From contig NC_073402.1 in NCBI RefSeq assembly GCF_028641065.1, forward strand, positions 32,116,001 to 32,180,000: a stretch of DNA of 64,000 bases. The letters are read 5' to 3'. This DNA is from Leucoraja erinacea. Its lineage: Eukaryota. The translations under genes were made by a program, and so were the position numbers. The notes below the pieces were generated by a model. The model saw only the letters and a program-made list of their open reading frames with translations, made no database searches and was not told the origin of the DNA. Position 1 is the stretch's first letter. Every line of letters starts with the position of its first letter. Shown here piece after piece: positions 1 to 13,106 of this stretch.

Positions 1-1212
1 GAGAAAATAGGATAACATCAAACTAATGTGAACATGTAATCAATGGTCGGCAAGGACTCGGTGGGCCGAAGGGCCTGATCCCATGCTGTATCTCTAAACA
101 AGATGTTTGATCTTGTAGCATTCAGCCTGATGCTTCCAACTTCAATGAATGACTCATGGTGATAAACCTTCTACATCAATGAAATGATTAAGAAGGAACT
201 GCTGGAAAAATCGAAGGTAGACAAAAATGCTGGAGAAACTCAACGGGGTGAGGCAGCATCTATGGAACGAAGGAATAGGTGACTTTCCAGTCGAGACCTT
301 TCTACAGAGAGTCTGCAGCCAATATACAAACTATTGTTATTGAAAACACCCTGAGAGTTCATAGTTTTACACTTTTGGAAGCCGTTAGAACCTCATAATG
401 CAACAATTGCAGTTGATCATTTTTGTTTCCATTCATTCACAGACGTGGACATGTTTTGAGTTACTCCAGCACACTGTGCCTTTTCTTGTAAACCAGCATC
501 TGCAGTTCCTTTTGTCTATATTTATATTTTATGGTTTCACTGTGAAATCTCCAGTCAGAGTTCTCCTCCTCTCCCTGACTGGAGATGTGTGATGCCCTCT
601 CGTACAATCAGTCCCAAGAAGAGTTCCAACCTGAAACATCACCCATCCATTTGTTCCAGGGATGCTGCCTGACCCATTGAGTTACCTGATATTGAATTCA
701 ATGGGTTTTTTTTAACAGCAACATGATAATTTTACGGTCAATAATACTCGTTTTTTATCACAAAGGTTCTACCCATATAATGGAAAGATTAGAAAAAGAG
801 TAATTAGCAAATATCTCATGCCTTAAACCAAAAACAAATTAAATAAACCAAAAAAAAGGCAGATGACCACTAACAATCAAATAAAACAAATATTTAAGCA
901 TCTTCCATTTTTTAATATGGTAACAAAATAAGAAATAGGAGTGTCAGGAGAGCATCTGATGTTTTGCTCTTTGTTCATTGAGATCACACACCTGAGCACC
1001 ATTTTCCTGTATTATCCTAATTAATATCCCATTAATATTTAAAGGTGTCAAGTGCAGGAAAAAGCCAGTAATCCACTGCCTGGGGATTTAGATCAGACCC
1101 CGGTGCCTCACTGCCTTGTACTTGTAGAGACCGGGAACTGCAGATGTTAGTTGTGGAGAATAAAGTCCATTGAAGGTCAATTTAACTGAGTTTGATGAAG
1201 GATCCCGCCCTA

Positions 1213-1396
1213 AAACGTCACCTATCCATGTTCTCCACAGATGTTGCCTGACCCGCTGAGTTACTCCAGCACTGTGTGAAACGTCACCTATCCATGTTCT
1301 CCACAGATGCTGCCTGACCCGCTGAGTTACTCCAGCACTCTGTGAAACGTCACCTATCCATGTTCTCCACAGATGCTTCCTGACCCGCTGAGTTAC
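1213..1396 (+). repeat. 66-bp tandem repeat (~2.8 copies) of a Penelope terminal-repeat segment
   Basis: Unit aaacgtcacctatccatgttctccacagatgctgcctgacccgctgagttactccagcact.tgtg recurs with period 66 (anchors 1216, 1282, 1348), matching the 22-aa periodicity of spurious ORF 1088..1399. Confidence 0.85.
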
Positions 1397-2199
1397 CATA
1401 ACACTCTAATTCTTCCTTCGCTGCCTTCCCCATTCACTGGAGACCCAGCACCACATCTCCCTCCCCACTCACCAACGTTCTGGTTCCTGCACTCCCTTTA
1501 CACTCACTGTGACCCAGACATCCAATAGTCCAGAAACTCTACAAGTTCGTCACCACCAGTCCCAAGTCTATCTTCCCTAAACGCCACAGTTTTGGGCTAA
1601 ACATCTTTCAACATTTTGTGCTGGAGTAACACAGCGGGTCAGGCAGCATCTCTTGAGGGATTGGATAGACGACTTTTCACGATGTTTCTTCTAAAGAGTG
1701 CCGGTCCAAAATGTTCATTCCTTCACAGATGCTGCCTGACCCACAATTCCTCGAGCACTCAGCATTTTACTCAACATTCCAGCATCTACAGTTCCTTGTG
1801 TCTCCACCTTTCAACAGTTTCTTTCACAATCTCCACGCCCTTGCTTTGATTGATGTCACAAAGGGCTCTGTTTCTCAGCCGTCATTGTTGCTCCAAGCTG
1901 TAAAACCATTCTACATTCATTCCTGCATCACGCATCCTCAAAAATGATTCATTGCTCTCCTTTGCTGACTCATGTTCTTCCAACGTCATGAAATGATGGA
2001 ATTCTTTGAATCCCTCAGTTATTCCTTTCTCCTATATTCGCTTTTTTAAAAACAAGCAAACCTGCAGTCTCATTTTGTGAAGACATCTCAGTCTCATGAA
2101 ACACAGTAGTGTGTTGGCTTCCTCCCAAGGAGACTATGTCACTATTTGTGCTCCAATTACTCCTTTTACTCCTTCTCCTCATTGAGATCATTTACCATA

Positions 2200-2500
2200 G
2201 ACCATTAAATGTGCAACACGTCACCTCCAGATTCAGGGACAGTTTCTTCCCAGCTGTCACCAGGCAACTCAACCATCCCATCACCAACTAGACAGTGGTC
2301 CTGACCTACCATCAACCTCATTGGAGAACCTCGAACCCTATATTTAATCCGACCTTTTCTTGCACTAAACGTTATTCCATTTATCCTGTATCTGTACACA
2401 GTGGGGCGGTTTGATTGTAATTATGTATAGTCTTTTTGCAAACTGGATAGCACACACCAAAACATTGTCATTGTTCCTCAGTACAGGTGACAATAATTAA
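2200..2500 (+). mobile_element. Rex1/Babar-like LINE 3' fragment
   Basis: Encodes SRFRDSFFPAVTRQLN, resembling the C-terminal motif of Rex-Babar ORFs, followed by a 3' UTR-like tail. Confidence 0.55.
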
Positions 2501-2814
2501 CTCAGCTTCTCACTAAAATAACATTCTCCTTAATTCCTTATAGAAAATAAGTAGGCCATTCGAGCCAACACCACCATTCAATGTGATCATGGCTGACCAT
2601 CCACAATCAGTACCCCATTCCTGCCTTCTCTCCATATCCCTAACCCTAAGAACTCTACCTAACTCTCTTTTGAATGCATCCAGTGAATCGGCCACCACTG
2701 CCTTCTGAGGCAGAGATTCACAACTCTCTGGATCTTTGTGAACATTAAGTAGGACCCACTTTCCCAATGACTATGCTTTCAGAGTCATCAATACCTCAAT
2801 CAGTCTTTTATTTA

Positions 2815-3052
2815 AAGATAGACACAAAGCGCTGGAGTAACTCAGCGGGTCAGGCAGCATCTCTGGAGGAAAAGGATAGGTGATGTTTTGTGTCGAGACC
2901 CTTCTTCAGTCTGAAAGTAGAGGGGGGAGAGTGCAGAGGCGGAGGCAAAAAAATGGTAAAAGCAGGGTTCCGACCCGAAACATCACCTATCCTATTTCTC
3001 CAGAGATGCTGCCTGACCTACTGGGTAACTCCAGCACGTTGTGTCTATCTTT
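2815..3052. mobile_element. Inverted pair of Penelope terminal repeats (MITE-like palindrome)
   Basis: aagatagacacaaagcgctggagtaactcagcgggtcaggcagcatctctggag... is mirrored by ...ctccagagatgctgcctgacctactgggtaactccagcacgttgtgtctatctt. Confidence 0.7.
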
Positions 3053-3234
3053 GGTATAAAGTTTAGCCTTTAGCCTTTTATCTACACTGATTGTTCAATG
3101 TTTTCCAATAATTATAACATCTCAGTTATGGCATCTTGTGATTTGTTTTAAAAAGATTAAAAATGACAGTGGAGAAATATCTCCTTTTGTAATCAGATGA
3201 GCATTTGAGTACACAAAGGCCAGTCCACCGCTTG

Positions 3235-3550
3235 AAACATAGAAACATAGAAAGTAGGTGCAGGAGTAGGCCATTCGGCCCTTCGAGCCTGCACCGCCAT
3301 TCAATATGATCATGGCTGATCATCCAACTCAGTATCCCGTACCTGCCTTCTCTCCATAAACCCCTGATCCCCTTAGCCACAAGGGCCACATCTAACTCCC
3401 TCTTAAATATAGCCAATGAACTGGCCTCAACTACCCTCTGTGGCAGAGTTCCAGAGATTCACCACTCTCTGTGTGAAAAAAGTTCTTCTCATCTCGGTTT
3501 TAAAGGATTTCCCCCTTATCCTTAAGCTGTGACCCCTTGTCCTGGACTTC
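3235..3550 (-). mobile_element. CR1/L3 LINE 3' fragment
   Basis: Nearly identical to the 3' part of the 7053-8002 copy; (gaaacata)n tail; encodes AIFKRELDVAL. Confidence 0.85.
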
Positions 3551-4674
3551 AAGAGTCAAGTGTCAAATTTGTCCTGAGACGGAACAATGAAATGCTTACT
3601 TGCCTTTTCCATCACTTAATAAAATCATGGCTGAGATAAGATCATAAACTCAACTCTACATTCCCAACTGTTTGAATAAATTTTCACTCCTTTACTTGTC
3701 AAGAATGTGTTTGCCGCTGTCTTAAAAAATATTCAAAGCCTCTATTTGCAACATTCTTTAAGAGAAAGAGATCCAAGACTCACAACATTCTCTTTGTCTG
3801 TAGTGAAAGGGCAATCCTTGTTCTTGATTCTTTCACAAGAAGCCATGTCTGCTCCACAATCATCCTGTCGTGATCGTCAGGATTTTAAACGTTTCAATTC
3901 CACTCTCACTCTTCAAATCCACAGTGGATACAAACACATACTGTCAAGTCTTTCCTCATTAGACAACCCACCCATCCCATACAGTCATCCCCTGACTGTC
4001 TGAAGACGGGTCTCGACCCGAAACATCACCTATTCTTTTTCTTCAGAGATGCTGTCTGACCCGCTGAGTTACTCCAGCTTTTCGTGTCTGTCTAATGTAC
4101 CTTACCTGACTGTAGGTAATTCTTCTCCACCAATCAATTAACACCTTATATATTTTTAACTGTAAACATCGGAAATATGATCTTGGCTTACCTTGGATAA
4201 AACGAGGAATTATTTTTCGTATCTCATACAGCATTAGGAGAAGTCTGACGGGAATCTCCTCGGTTGATATCCAGCCTAGACGGCTTTGCTCATTGTTTGA
4301 TAACCAGGAATAGAATCAGATGGAAATAAACACCTGAAGCTTAAGTTAAAAAAATGAAGAATGTGGATGGACCTGCTGCAGAGAATGACGTTCAAAACAT
4401 CTATAATACGTCCCGTAGGGATTATATAAAAGTAAACAATCACTTAATGACCGGGGTTAAGGAAAGAGTGATCACCTCGCGCGCCGGTGTCCACCACCAC
4501 GCACAAGAAGCGCAGACGGGCAAGATGCCATTGTAGGAAGTGTTTTCAGCTCTGGCTGAACAATTTCTAATCTTGTGATGTGGACTCGATAAGAAGAAGA
4601 AGAAGACTTATTGACTTAGTTGTAGCTAAGTCATACAAATTCTAAGTCATAGCTTAGAAGGGCTGAACATGAAT

Positions 4675-5490
4675 ACGAAACTAACAGAGCAGCAATGCTT
4701 GGGACTTGATCCATTCTTCCTCCATATGTGCCCGTCATGGCCTAATCCAATGCAAAGTCCTTCACAAAGTCCACTACACAAATGCAAGATTATCTAGAAT
4801 TTACCCCGCTGTTAGGGACACCTGCAACAGATGTAATCAATCTCCTGCCAACCATAGCCATATGTTTTGGTCTTGCCCTAAGCTAGCAGCCTTTTGGAGG
4901 AGTGCTTTCGACTTGATAAGCAGAGCCTACGGCCAGACTATTCCTCCAAACCCACTGTCAGCCATTTTCGGTTCCCCTCCCAAGACCAACCTCTCTGTTG
5001 CGGTGAAACGGGTCCTAGCTTTTACAACCTTGTTAACCCGGAGACTGGAGGCTCACCTGTCCCCCGACACACACCCGCTGGATTAAGGAGGTGCTTTACA
5101 ATTTAAAGCTTGAAAAACCTAGGTTCTCTCTCAAAGGCTCTACCAAGACATTCCTAGATACATGGAACCCTTTCTTGGAACTTGTTAACTCTCTCAACTT
5201 GTCCCCGGACTCGGAAGAGGACTGAGTGCTCTCCACCATTGTTCTGCTCTACTTCAGCTGCTCTCCCCTTAACCACCACCCCCCTCCCCACACTTATTTA
5301 TTTAATTACTTACTTATTTACTGCTATTAGTGGCCCCCTCTTTTTTTCTTCTTTTTTTTTTTAGTACTTTTTGTTTCGTTTATCTTACCATATTTGTGTG
5401 GATGTGTATGTATGTGAGTGTTGTTTGTCCCCGTTTGGTTCCGACCTGATTCGGCATTGTTTTAGTGTAGAATGGTGGGTGGGATTGGTG
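4675..5490 (+). mobile_element. L1-clade LINE ORF2 C-terminus and 3' UTR (5'-truncated, degenerate)
   Basis: ORF 4706..5086 has HGLIQCKVLHKVHYT...CNRCNQSPANHSHMFWSCPKLAAFW, the Cys/His C-terminal domain typical of fish L1 ORF2; frameshifted after LTRRL. Confidence 0.8.
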
Positions 5491-7052
5491 TCATGAGATA
5501 TTTCTTAACACCTTTAAGAGTGGCATAGAATCACAAACTATAACACAACCTGTTGATTGGAGAGCGTTTTTAATTAATTTACAATTTACAGGTATCAGTG
5601 GCAAATGGGACTAGCCCAGTCAACTTGTTTGGCTTGGATAAGGTGGGCCGAAGGCCGTTTCCGTGCTGTACAGCTGTATAATTTCATGAGTCTAAAGGCA
5701 AAGCCAGTATTAATGCTTCTTCCACGTTGGCTTTGAGAAGAGATGGTGCACTGTCTTCATGCAAGCAGTAGTTCTATTGGTAAAGGTGCTCCTGAATGCA
5801 GTCTGGGAGGGAGTTCCAGGGTTTAGAACGATGCAGGATTGGTGTAACTTGTTGTCCCATGCACCTGCTGTCTCTGCCCTTTGTGATGGTTGAGGTGGCA
5901 TGGGAGGTAAGGAACTGCAGTGACCATCTCTTGTACATCAATGGTGGCGGGAGATAACGTTGATGAGTGTTGGTCAAGTGGGTGGCATCTAGTGTTGGTG
6001 CTGCACTCATCCAGGCAAGTGGACAACATTCCATCACACTCAACACATGTGCAATGTTAATGATGCTAGAAAATGAGTCACTCGCTGCAACATATCGGCC
6101 TCGGACTTGCTCGTAGTCACAGTATTTATGTGGCAGATCCAGTCCAGATACTATCTAGGTAGTTCCATTCTCTCCTGTTGGAGATGATCAGTTTGTTGAT
6201 TAGTACGGGGTGTCAGAGGTTATGGGGAGAAGGCAGGAGAATGGGGTTAGGAGGGAGAGATAGATCAGCCATGATTGAATGATGGAGTAGACTTAATGGG
6301 CCAAATGGCTTAATTCTGCTCCTATCATATATCTGTTTATGATATTTTAGATCATCTGACACCTTTGTGATGCAAATATTACACGCCACCTTTCATGTCC
6401 TCCCACGTGTGGCTAAAGTGCACATTGTCAGATTTTAATAAAGGCAATTTTTATACATTTTGGTTTCACCATGGTGGCACAATTTGCAGAGGGGTGGAAC
6501 TTCTCGATTGTGTTATTTGTTGCCATCTGCTGTGGCTACTGCACATCAGCGACAGTGGGAGATAATATTGACCAGTGTCCAAGGGGCTGCTTTGTTTCGT
6601 TGGCACCCAGCGTCTTGAGACTTGCTGGTGCTGCACTCACCTTTACTATTGTGGAACGTACTGTAGTTTAATGCAAAGAAACTCTATTCTAGTAAGCTTT
6701 TATTCCACGTACACACGGCTGAGACAGTCTAGTTTTTTGTTGTAAGGGTTTACAGAAACAGGCGGCAAAGTGCAGCTGAGGCACAAGTCAAAATCAATCA
6801 TGATGCTGCAGAAGGTTCAGTATGTGGAGCTAAGTTGTCCATTGTTACTCTTATCAAGGTAGACAAAAATGCTGGAGAAACTCAGCGGGTGAGGCAGCAT
6901 CTATGGAGCGAAGGAATAGGCGACTCGGGTTTTTTTTTCAGAAATAAATAAGTGCACAAATAATTGAAGTGCAAAATATACAAACTAAATCCTACTGAAA
7001 GCAGCGGTGAGCGGATAATGTGTGCACAGTGCAAGGATACAAATAATAATAG

Positions 7053-8002
7053 ATAGAAACATAGAAATTAGGTGCAGGAGTAGGCCATTCGGCCCTTCGA
7101 GCCCGCACCGCCATTCAATATGATCATGGCTGATCATCCAACTCAGTATCCCGTACCTGCCTTCTCTCCATACCCCCTGATCCCCTTAGCCACATCTAAC
7201 TCCCTCTTAAATATAGCCAATGAACTGGCCTCAACTACCCTCTGTGGCAGAGAGTTCCAGAGATTCACCACTCTGTGTGTGAAAAAAGTTCTTCTCATCT
7301 CGGTTTTAAAGGATTTCCCCTTTATCCTTAAGCTGTGACCCCTTGTCCTGGACTTCCCCAACATCGGGAACAATCTTCCTGCATCTAGCCTGTCCAACCC
7401 CTTAAGAATTTTGTAAGTTTCTATAAGATCCCCTCTCAATCTCCTAAATTCTAGAGAGTATAAACCAAGTCTATCCAGTCTTTCTTCATAAGACAGTCCT
7501 GACATCCCAGGAATCAGTCTGGTGAACCGTCTCTGCACTCCCTCTATGGCAATAATGTCCTTCCTCAGATTTGGAGACCAAAACTGTACGCAATACTCCA
7601 GGTGTGGTCTCACCAAGACCCTGTACAACTGCAGTAGAACCTCCCTGCTCCTATACTCAAATCCTTTTGCAATGAAAGCTAACATACCATTCGCTTTCTT
7701 TACTGCCTGCCGCACCTGCATGCCTACCTTCAATGACTGGTGTACCATGACACCCAGGTCTCGCTGCATCTCCCCCTTTCCCAATCGGCCACCATTTAGA
7801 TAATAGTCTGCTTTCCCGTTTTTGCCACCAAAATGGATAACCTCACATTTATCCACATTATACTGCATCTGCCAAACATTTGCCCACTCACCCCAGCCTA
7901 TCCAAGTCACCTTGCAGTCTCCTAGCATCCTCCTCACAGCTAACACTGCCCCCCAGCTTAGTGTCATCCGCAAACTTGGAGATATTGCCTTCAATTCCCT
8001 CA
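7053..8002 (-). mobile_element. CR1/L3 LINE, 5'-truncated, open RT C-terminal frame
   Basis: ORF 7143..7994: WQMQYNVDKCEVIHFG, RDLGV, LVRPHLEYCVQFWSP, RRLRGDLIETYKI, TRGHS, RVVNLWNSLP; microsatellite tail at ~7053. Confidence 0.93.
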
Positions 8003-8424
8003 GCTGAGATCAGCACACGTGATGCTCCAAATTGCTCCGATGCCATTCAAATATGCACTAAAATAAGACCTGTACAACTTGTTAAACAAGAAAATAGCAC
8101 AGGTTACATGTGCCGAGTCAAAGTACTTCCAAAATATTTTCTAAATACTTCTAAAATAAAAATATTTTCTCATCTGCACAACAGAAAATACTTTATCATC
8201 GACAACTTTCCGCAGCTTCAGATACGGAGCCTTTTCCATTTTGGCAGAGATGTTTTTTGTAAATACTGTACTAATAACCAGGGCAAAGAATCTGGATGTA
8301 AAATAACTAAACCTGACCCAAACACCGCCGAATAAATCAGCTTCCACAGAAAACGTGACTGCGTGAAGTATTGGAGGTATTCATGGAATGAATGCTGTTG
8401 TAATTGTAAGGCATCATTTGATTT

Positions 8425-8703
8425 AAAGATACAGCATTGAAAAAGGCCCTTCTACCCATCGAGTCTACGTTGACCATCGATCACCCGTTCACACCAGTTT
8501 TATGTCATCCCACTTTCTCATCTATTCCCTACACACTCGGGGCAATTAGCTACAAACCTGCACGTCTTTGGGATGTGGGAGAAGACTAGAGCACCAGACA
8601 GACACACACACACAGTCACAGGGAGAACGTGCAAACTCCACACAGGAAGTAACCACAGACAGGGTCTCTGGCACTGTGAGGCAGCAACTCTACCACTGTG
8701 CCC
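8425..8703 (-). mobile_element. tRNA-derived V-SINE (HE1-like)
   Basis: Minus strand reads gggcacagtggtagagttgctgcctcacag...gtgtggagtttgcacgttctccctgtgac, a tRNA-like head plus V-domain. Confidence 0.7.
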
Positions 8704-9231
8704 AAAACTGGCAATATCATTGAAGAAAAATGGGGTTTGAAGAGGAAAACCACCTGCCAGCAAAATACACAGTGAATTGTGTAGCAGCGATCCCTTCCTT
8801 CCCATTTGCTTCTTCTTGTGTGTGGGGCGCAGGTCAACTTGTACTATTTGGTCTATTTGTTTGTGCACGTCGGGTTGATTGCATTAGTCGAAACAGGGTA
8901 GACCACGTGAAGGTTGCAATCTCCCGCCCCTCACACATGCTTGTGAGACCTGGACTCAAGGTACTGGCAGACACCATCACTGCTTCTCTGCAGAATCCTC
9001 CAGATGCACTGGAAGAATAAGCAAACTAACATCAATGTCCAGAGTCAACATAATCAAAAACACAATCAGGATGGAAACACTAAGCAGGTCAGGGACCATT
9101 ATGTGAAAAGAGAAACAGATAAGTGTTTCCAATCCTGAGCCCAAGGTCAAGGGTGGGAAAGAAACAAAAACAAGTTCGATTTCCGGAGGAGACAACATGA
9201 AGATTGCACTGAGCACAGGAGCTCCCCAAAG

Positions 9232-9412
9232 GGTGACCCAGTGCTTCAGCTGGTAGAGCTGCCCCCCCTCTTATTCGATCCTGACTTCGGGTGCTGTCTG
9301 TGTGGAGTTTGCACATTCCCCATGTGACCACGTGGGCTTCCTCTGGTGCTTCAATTTCCCCCCACATCCCCAACACGCTTGCCGAAGGGCCTGTTTCCAT
9401 GCTGTATCTCTG
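9232..9412 (+). mobile_element. V-SINE fragment
   Basis: gtgctgtctgtgtggagtttgcacattccccatgtgaccacgtgggcttcctctggtgct V-domain and gaagggcctgtttccatgctgtatctct tail. Confidence 0.65.
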
Positions 9413-10894
9413 AACCCAAGACTCTCAAAGCAGCCACCCAATCTGCATTAGTTGTCTCCAGTGTAGAGGAGATCTCACTTGGAAGAAGCAAGAGAATTGT
9501 TCTTTCACTTGGAAGGATTGTTTGATCCCCTGGATGGTGGGAAGGGAAGAGATGAAAGGCTAGCTGTGGCATCTCCTGCTTTAGAAAAAGCTTTAAGATG
9601 GAGAATGTTTGATGGGGGTGGAACTGATCAGAGTCGTTTGAAAGGAGTGTTCTCTGGGAAATGTTGACATTGTGTTTGGTGGTGAAATTTTTTTAGGTGC
9701 CTGCAGAAATTGCAAAGGATGATCTGTTGAATGTTTAGGGTGCTGAGGTGTAAGGTAAAGACCAGAGGAACTCTGTTGGAGAAACAAAGAACTGCACCTG
9801 CTGGTTTACAAAAAAAATGATAAAGTGCTGAAGTAACACCACGTTTCAGGCAGCATCTCTGGAGAACGTGGATAGGTAACGTTTTGTGGCGGGAACCTTC
9901 TTCAGTCCAGCAACTGCAGTTATTTGTTTCTACATTTCAGAGTCTGAACAACGGTGCGGACCCAAAACATCACCCATCCTTGTTCTCCATAGATGCTGCC
10001 TGATCCGCTGTTACTCAAGCACTTTGTGTCTCTTCAGGTAGAACTCTATTCTTGCTCTGTCCATAAGGAATATCTGGTCAAGAGCCCCATCCACCATGTA
10101 AAGGAGAAGCCATGATTCAATTGTTCAGTGGTTCAATGGAGCTTTATTTTTGCATATTTACAAATGCGTGCACCACCATGTTTTGGCGCCATTCCCAAAG
10201 TCCGGTCCACCCGCACTCTTGGTCCACAGGTGCAGTACCTGATCCAGGTAAGCCCCAGGCTCCTGCAGGGCCTTCCTCCGTTGCCTTCGATTAGATCGGC
10301 CCGTGAACCGACGCTACTTGAAGTTGGGAAGTCAAATACTTTAAGTACGTTTGAATACTTTATGCTTATTCACATGCCACTGCTCTTTGAATTTCTGCCT
10401 CAGGAGATGACTCCTGAAAAAACAACTTAATTTTAAATAGTGCCTTGGCATGGGAGATTGTCACATGGTATGACACATGATGTGATCACAAAGATCAGCA
10501 GCCAAGCCAAAGGGAGGGTGACTGAGAACAGACAGAGGTTTCATACGACTCTCACCTGTCAACTCACGATCAGGCACAAGGCTTTCCTCATGACCATTTA
10601 TGCTCTGTAAATGTTTGCTGTGTTTCCACTCACATGCTCCAATGCAGTCAGAGACCTGCAGCAAGAATGCATAACTCGTAGTGAACCAAAACAGACAAAA
10701 TGGTTGGCTAAAATTTCACTCGCAGGGAATATTTTAAAGGTATATTTTATTCATGTTTATATTTATTTCATTTCTCTCGTTCTGGGTTAAGGTTTATTAT
10801 TGTCATATGACCAAATGTATAGTGAAAAGCTTTGTATTGCTTGCTATCCACGCAGATCAGATTATACTATCCATAATTACCATAGTCAAACCCA

Positions 10895-11390
10895 CATGAC
10901 TGGGCGATCGTTTCGCTGAATACCTTCGCTCAGTGACTGGGCGATCGTGACGCTGAACACCTTTGCTCAGCCCGCCTGGACCTACCTGAACTCACGATTG
11001 CCAAACACTTTAATTCCCCTTCCAATTCCCATAGTGACTTTTCTGTCCAAGGCCTCCTCCATTGTCAGAGTGAGGCTACTTGGAGGAACAGCATCTCATA
11101 TTTCACTTGGGCAGCTTACAACCCAGTGGTATGAATATTGATTTCTCTAACTTCAAGTAACCCTTGCATTCCATCTCCATCCCTCCCCCACCCAAGCTTC
11201 TCGTTTTCACCTAGCAAACAGCTAACAATGTCCTGTTTCCTTTATCATCACTTTTTTTTGCATATCTTCCTATATCTCTCTACATCACTGTCTATATCTC
11301 TCATTTTCCTTTCCCCCGACTAGCCTGAAGAAGGGTCTCAACCCAAAATGTCACCCATTCCTTCTCTCCAGAGATGCTGCCTGTCCCGTC
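10895..11390 (+). mobile_element. Penelope-like element 3' fragment (GIY-YIG C-terminus plus terminal repeat)
   Basis: ctgggcgatcgtttcgctgaa (LGDRFAE) and ttgggcagcttacaaccc (LGSLQP) match the 28868-29525 copy; ends in the ctgaagaagggtctcaaccc terminal repeat. Confidence 0.75.
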
Positions 11391-11861
11391 TTAATCCATG
11401 GATCATATCTGCATTTTGTTTACATAACCCTCTGTCATGTATCTGAGAATGAAAAACACTGGGAGCATTATTTTGCTTCAATGCAAATTATATTAGAACC
11501 TTTGTGTCCAGTGCTTTAGTGTTATAAATATTTTAGCTGATGATCAGCAAAATGTGATCTCACCCTTAGTGAAAAGTGTTTTTAAAGTTTCCTTGCTATG
11601 TTACTTTATTGTAATTTCTTGTCACCCTCAGCTTTTCCAGAAGTAAACAGGATTTTCAGCATATTACAAAATAACGTTAAGATGGATTTCACTTTAATCT
11701 GCTGTTTTGCATCACATGCTGACATGAAGGGATTGAAGACACTAACATTATTATATTTGCTACTGTAGACAAATGGTAACTGTAAACTGTACTTTGCAAA
11801 TCAATGATATTGAACAATTGCAATAATCCAAAAATGATGCAGTTTAATTTTAAATCTTAGA

Positions 11862-12490
11862 GACCTCATCTACTGGATTCAGTGCTCCTGATGTGGCCTC
11901 CGTTATATCAGCAAGACCAAGCATAGGCTATTCGACTGTTTCACCGAACACATGCTTGGTCCACCAAGACCTGCTGGATCTCCCAGTTGCTAATCATTTT
12001 AACTTCCCTTCCCATTCCCCTGCTAATCTTTCTGCGGTGGGTCTCCTCCCTGCCAGAGAAGGCCACATGGAAACTGGAGGAAGCATATTCCACTTGGGTA
12101 GCTTACAACTCAATGGTACGAACATAGAATTCTCCGATTGTAGGTGACTAACCTACAACCAACCCCTTCCCTTTTTATACACCTCTTTTTCCTGTGCCCC
12201 ACCTGGGTGTAATCTGTGCTATGTTCTCCCTTTTCCCTTTCCACCCATATTCCTTCCTCCGGCTTCATATTTTGTGACGCTTTTTTCTTTATCACACTTT
12301 TTTTCTATTCATCTCTGACCTTTGTCCAACTATCTGCCAATCAATACCCCCACACCTGTACAGTCGAACACTTGCCAGATTTTGTCCCCATCCCCTCTCC
12401 TCCAGCTTTCTTCCCCCTACTACAATCAGCCTGAAGAAGAGTCCCGACCCAAGATGTCGCCTGATCGCTGAGTTACTACAGCACTTTGCG
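11862..12490 (+). mobile_element. Penelope-like element 3' fragment
   Basis: ctcatctactggattcagtgc start; ORF 11893 contains DLPVANHFNFPSHS and IFHLGSLQLNGTNIEFS; terminal repeat at ~12430. Confidence 0.75.
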
Positions 12491-12809
12491 TTTTGGTGAG
12501 CAAGGTTCAGACCTTAGTGTACACATGTTTTTCTGCACTGAATGAAGTGTCATCAATGGATTACCCTAGAGATCTAGAATGCAATTACTTCTTCCTCAGT
12601 TCTTAAGGGATTTAAGCTTTCAGCTTCCTCATTTACATTGATGGCGTTGGTTTGATATTCCAGTCAGAGACATGAATTCCCTGCTGACTTCTTGCAAGTT
12701 TTATATTCTCCCCCTGATATCTTTCTGCGTTTAGTCTAACATCTCATAATTTTAGGCCCCTGAAGTACTTTTCATGTTTCAGATGCAATATGATGCAGGA
12801 TAATGGTCG

Positions 12810-13105
12810 TCCCCAATCAATAACCCGTGCCTGCCTTCCCCCCATATCCCTTGATTCCACCAGCCCCTACAGCTCTATCTAACTCCCTCTTAAAGCCATC
12901 CAGTGATTTGGCCTCCACTGTCCTCTGTGACAGGGAATTCCACAAATTCACAACTCTCTGGGTGAAAAAGTGTTTTCTTACCTCAGTCTTAAATGGCCTC
13001 CCCTTTAATCTAAGACTGTGTGGCCCCTGGTTCTGGACTCGCCCAACATTGGGAACATTTTTCCTGCATCTAGCTTGTCCAGTCCTTTTATATATTTTTA
13101 TGTTT
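12810..13105 (-). mobile_element. CR1 LINE 3' fragment
   Basis: Similar to the 7053-8002 copy (gaattccacaaattcacaactctctgggtgaaaaag). Confidence 0.75.
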
Positions 13106-13106
13106 C

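Noticed and set aside
1088-1399. Repetitive 103-aa ORF / CRISPR-like periodicity
   Set aside because: Units are contiguous 66-bp copies with no unique spacers, derived from a retroelement terminal repeat in a vertebrate genome.
7880-8335. 151-aa plus-strand ORF
   Set aside because: The first part is antisense CR1; the rest has no recognisable domain or splice context.
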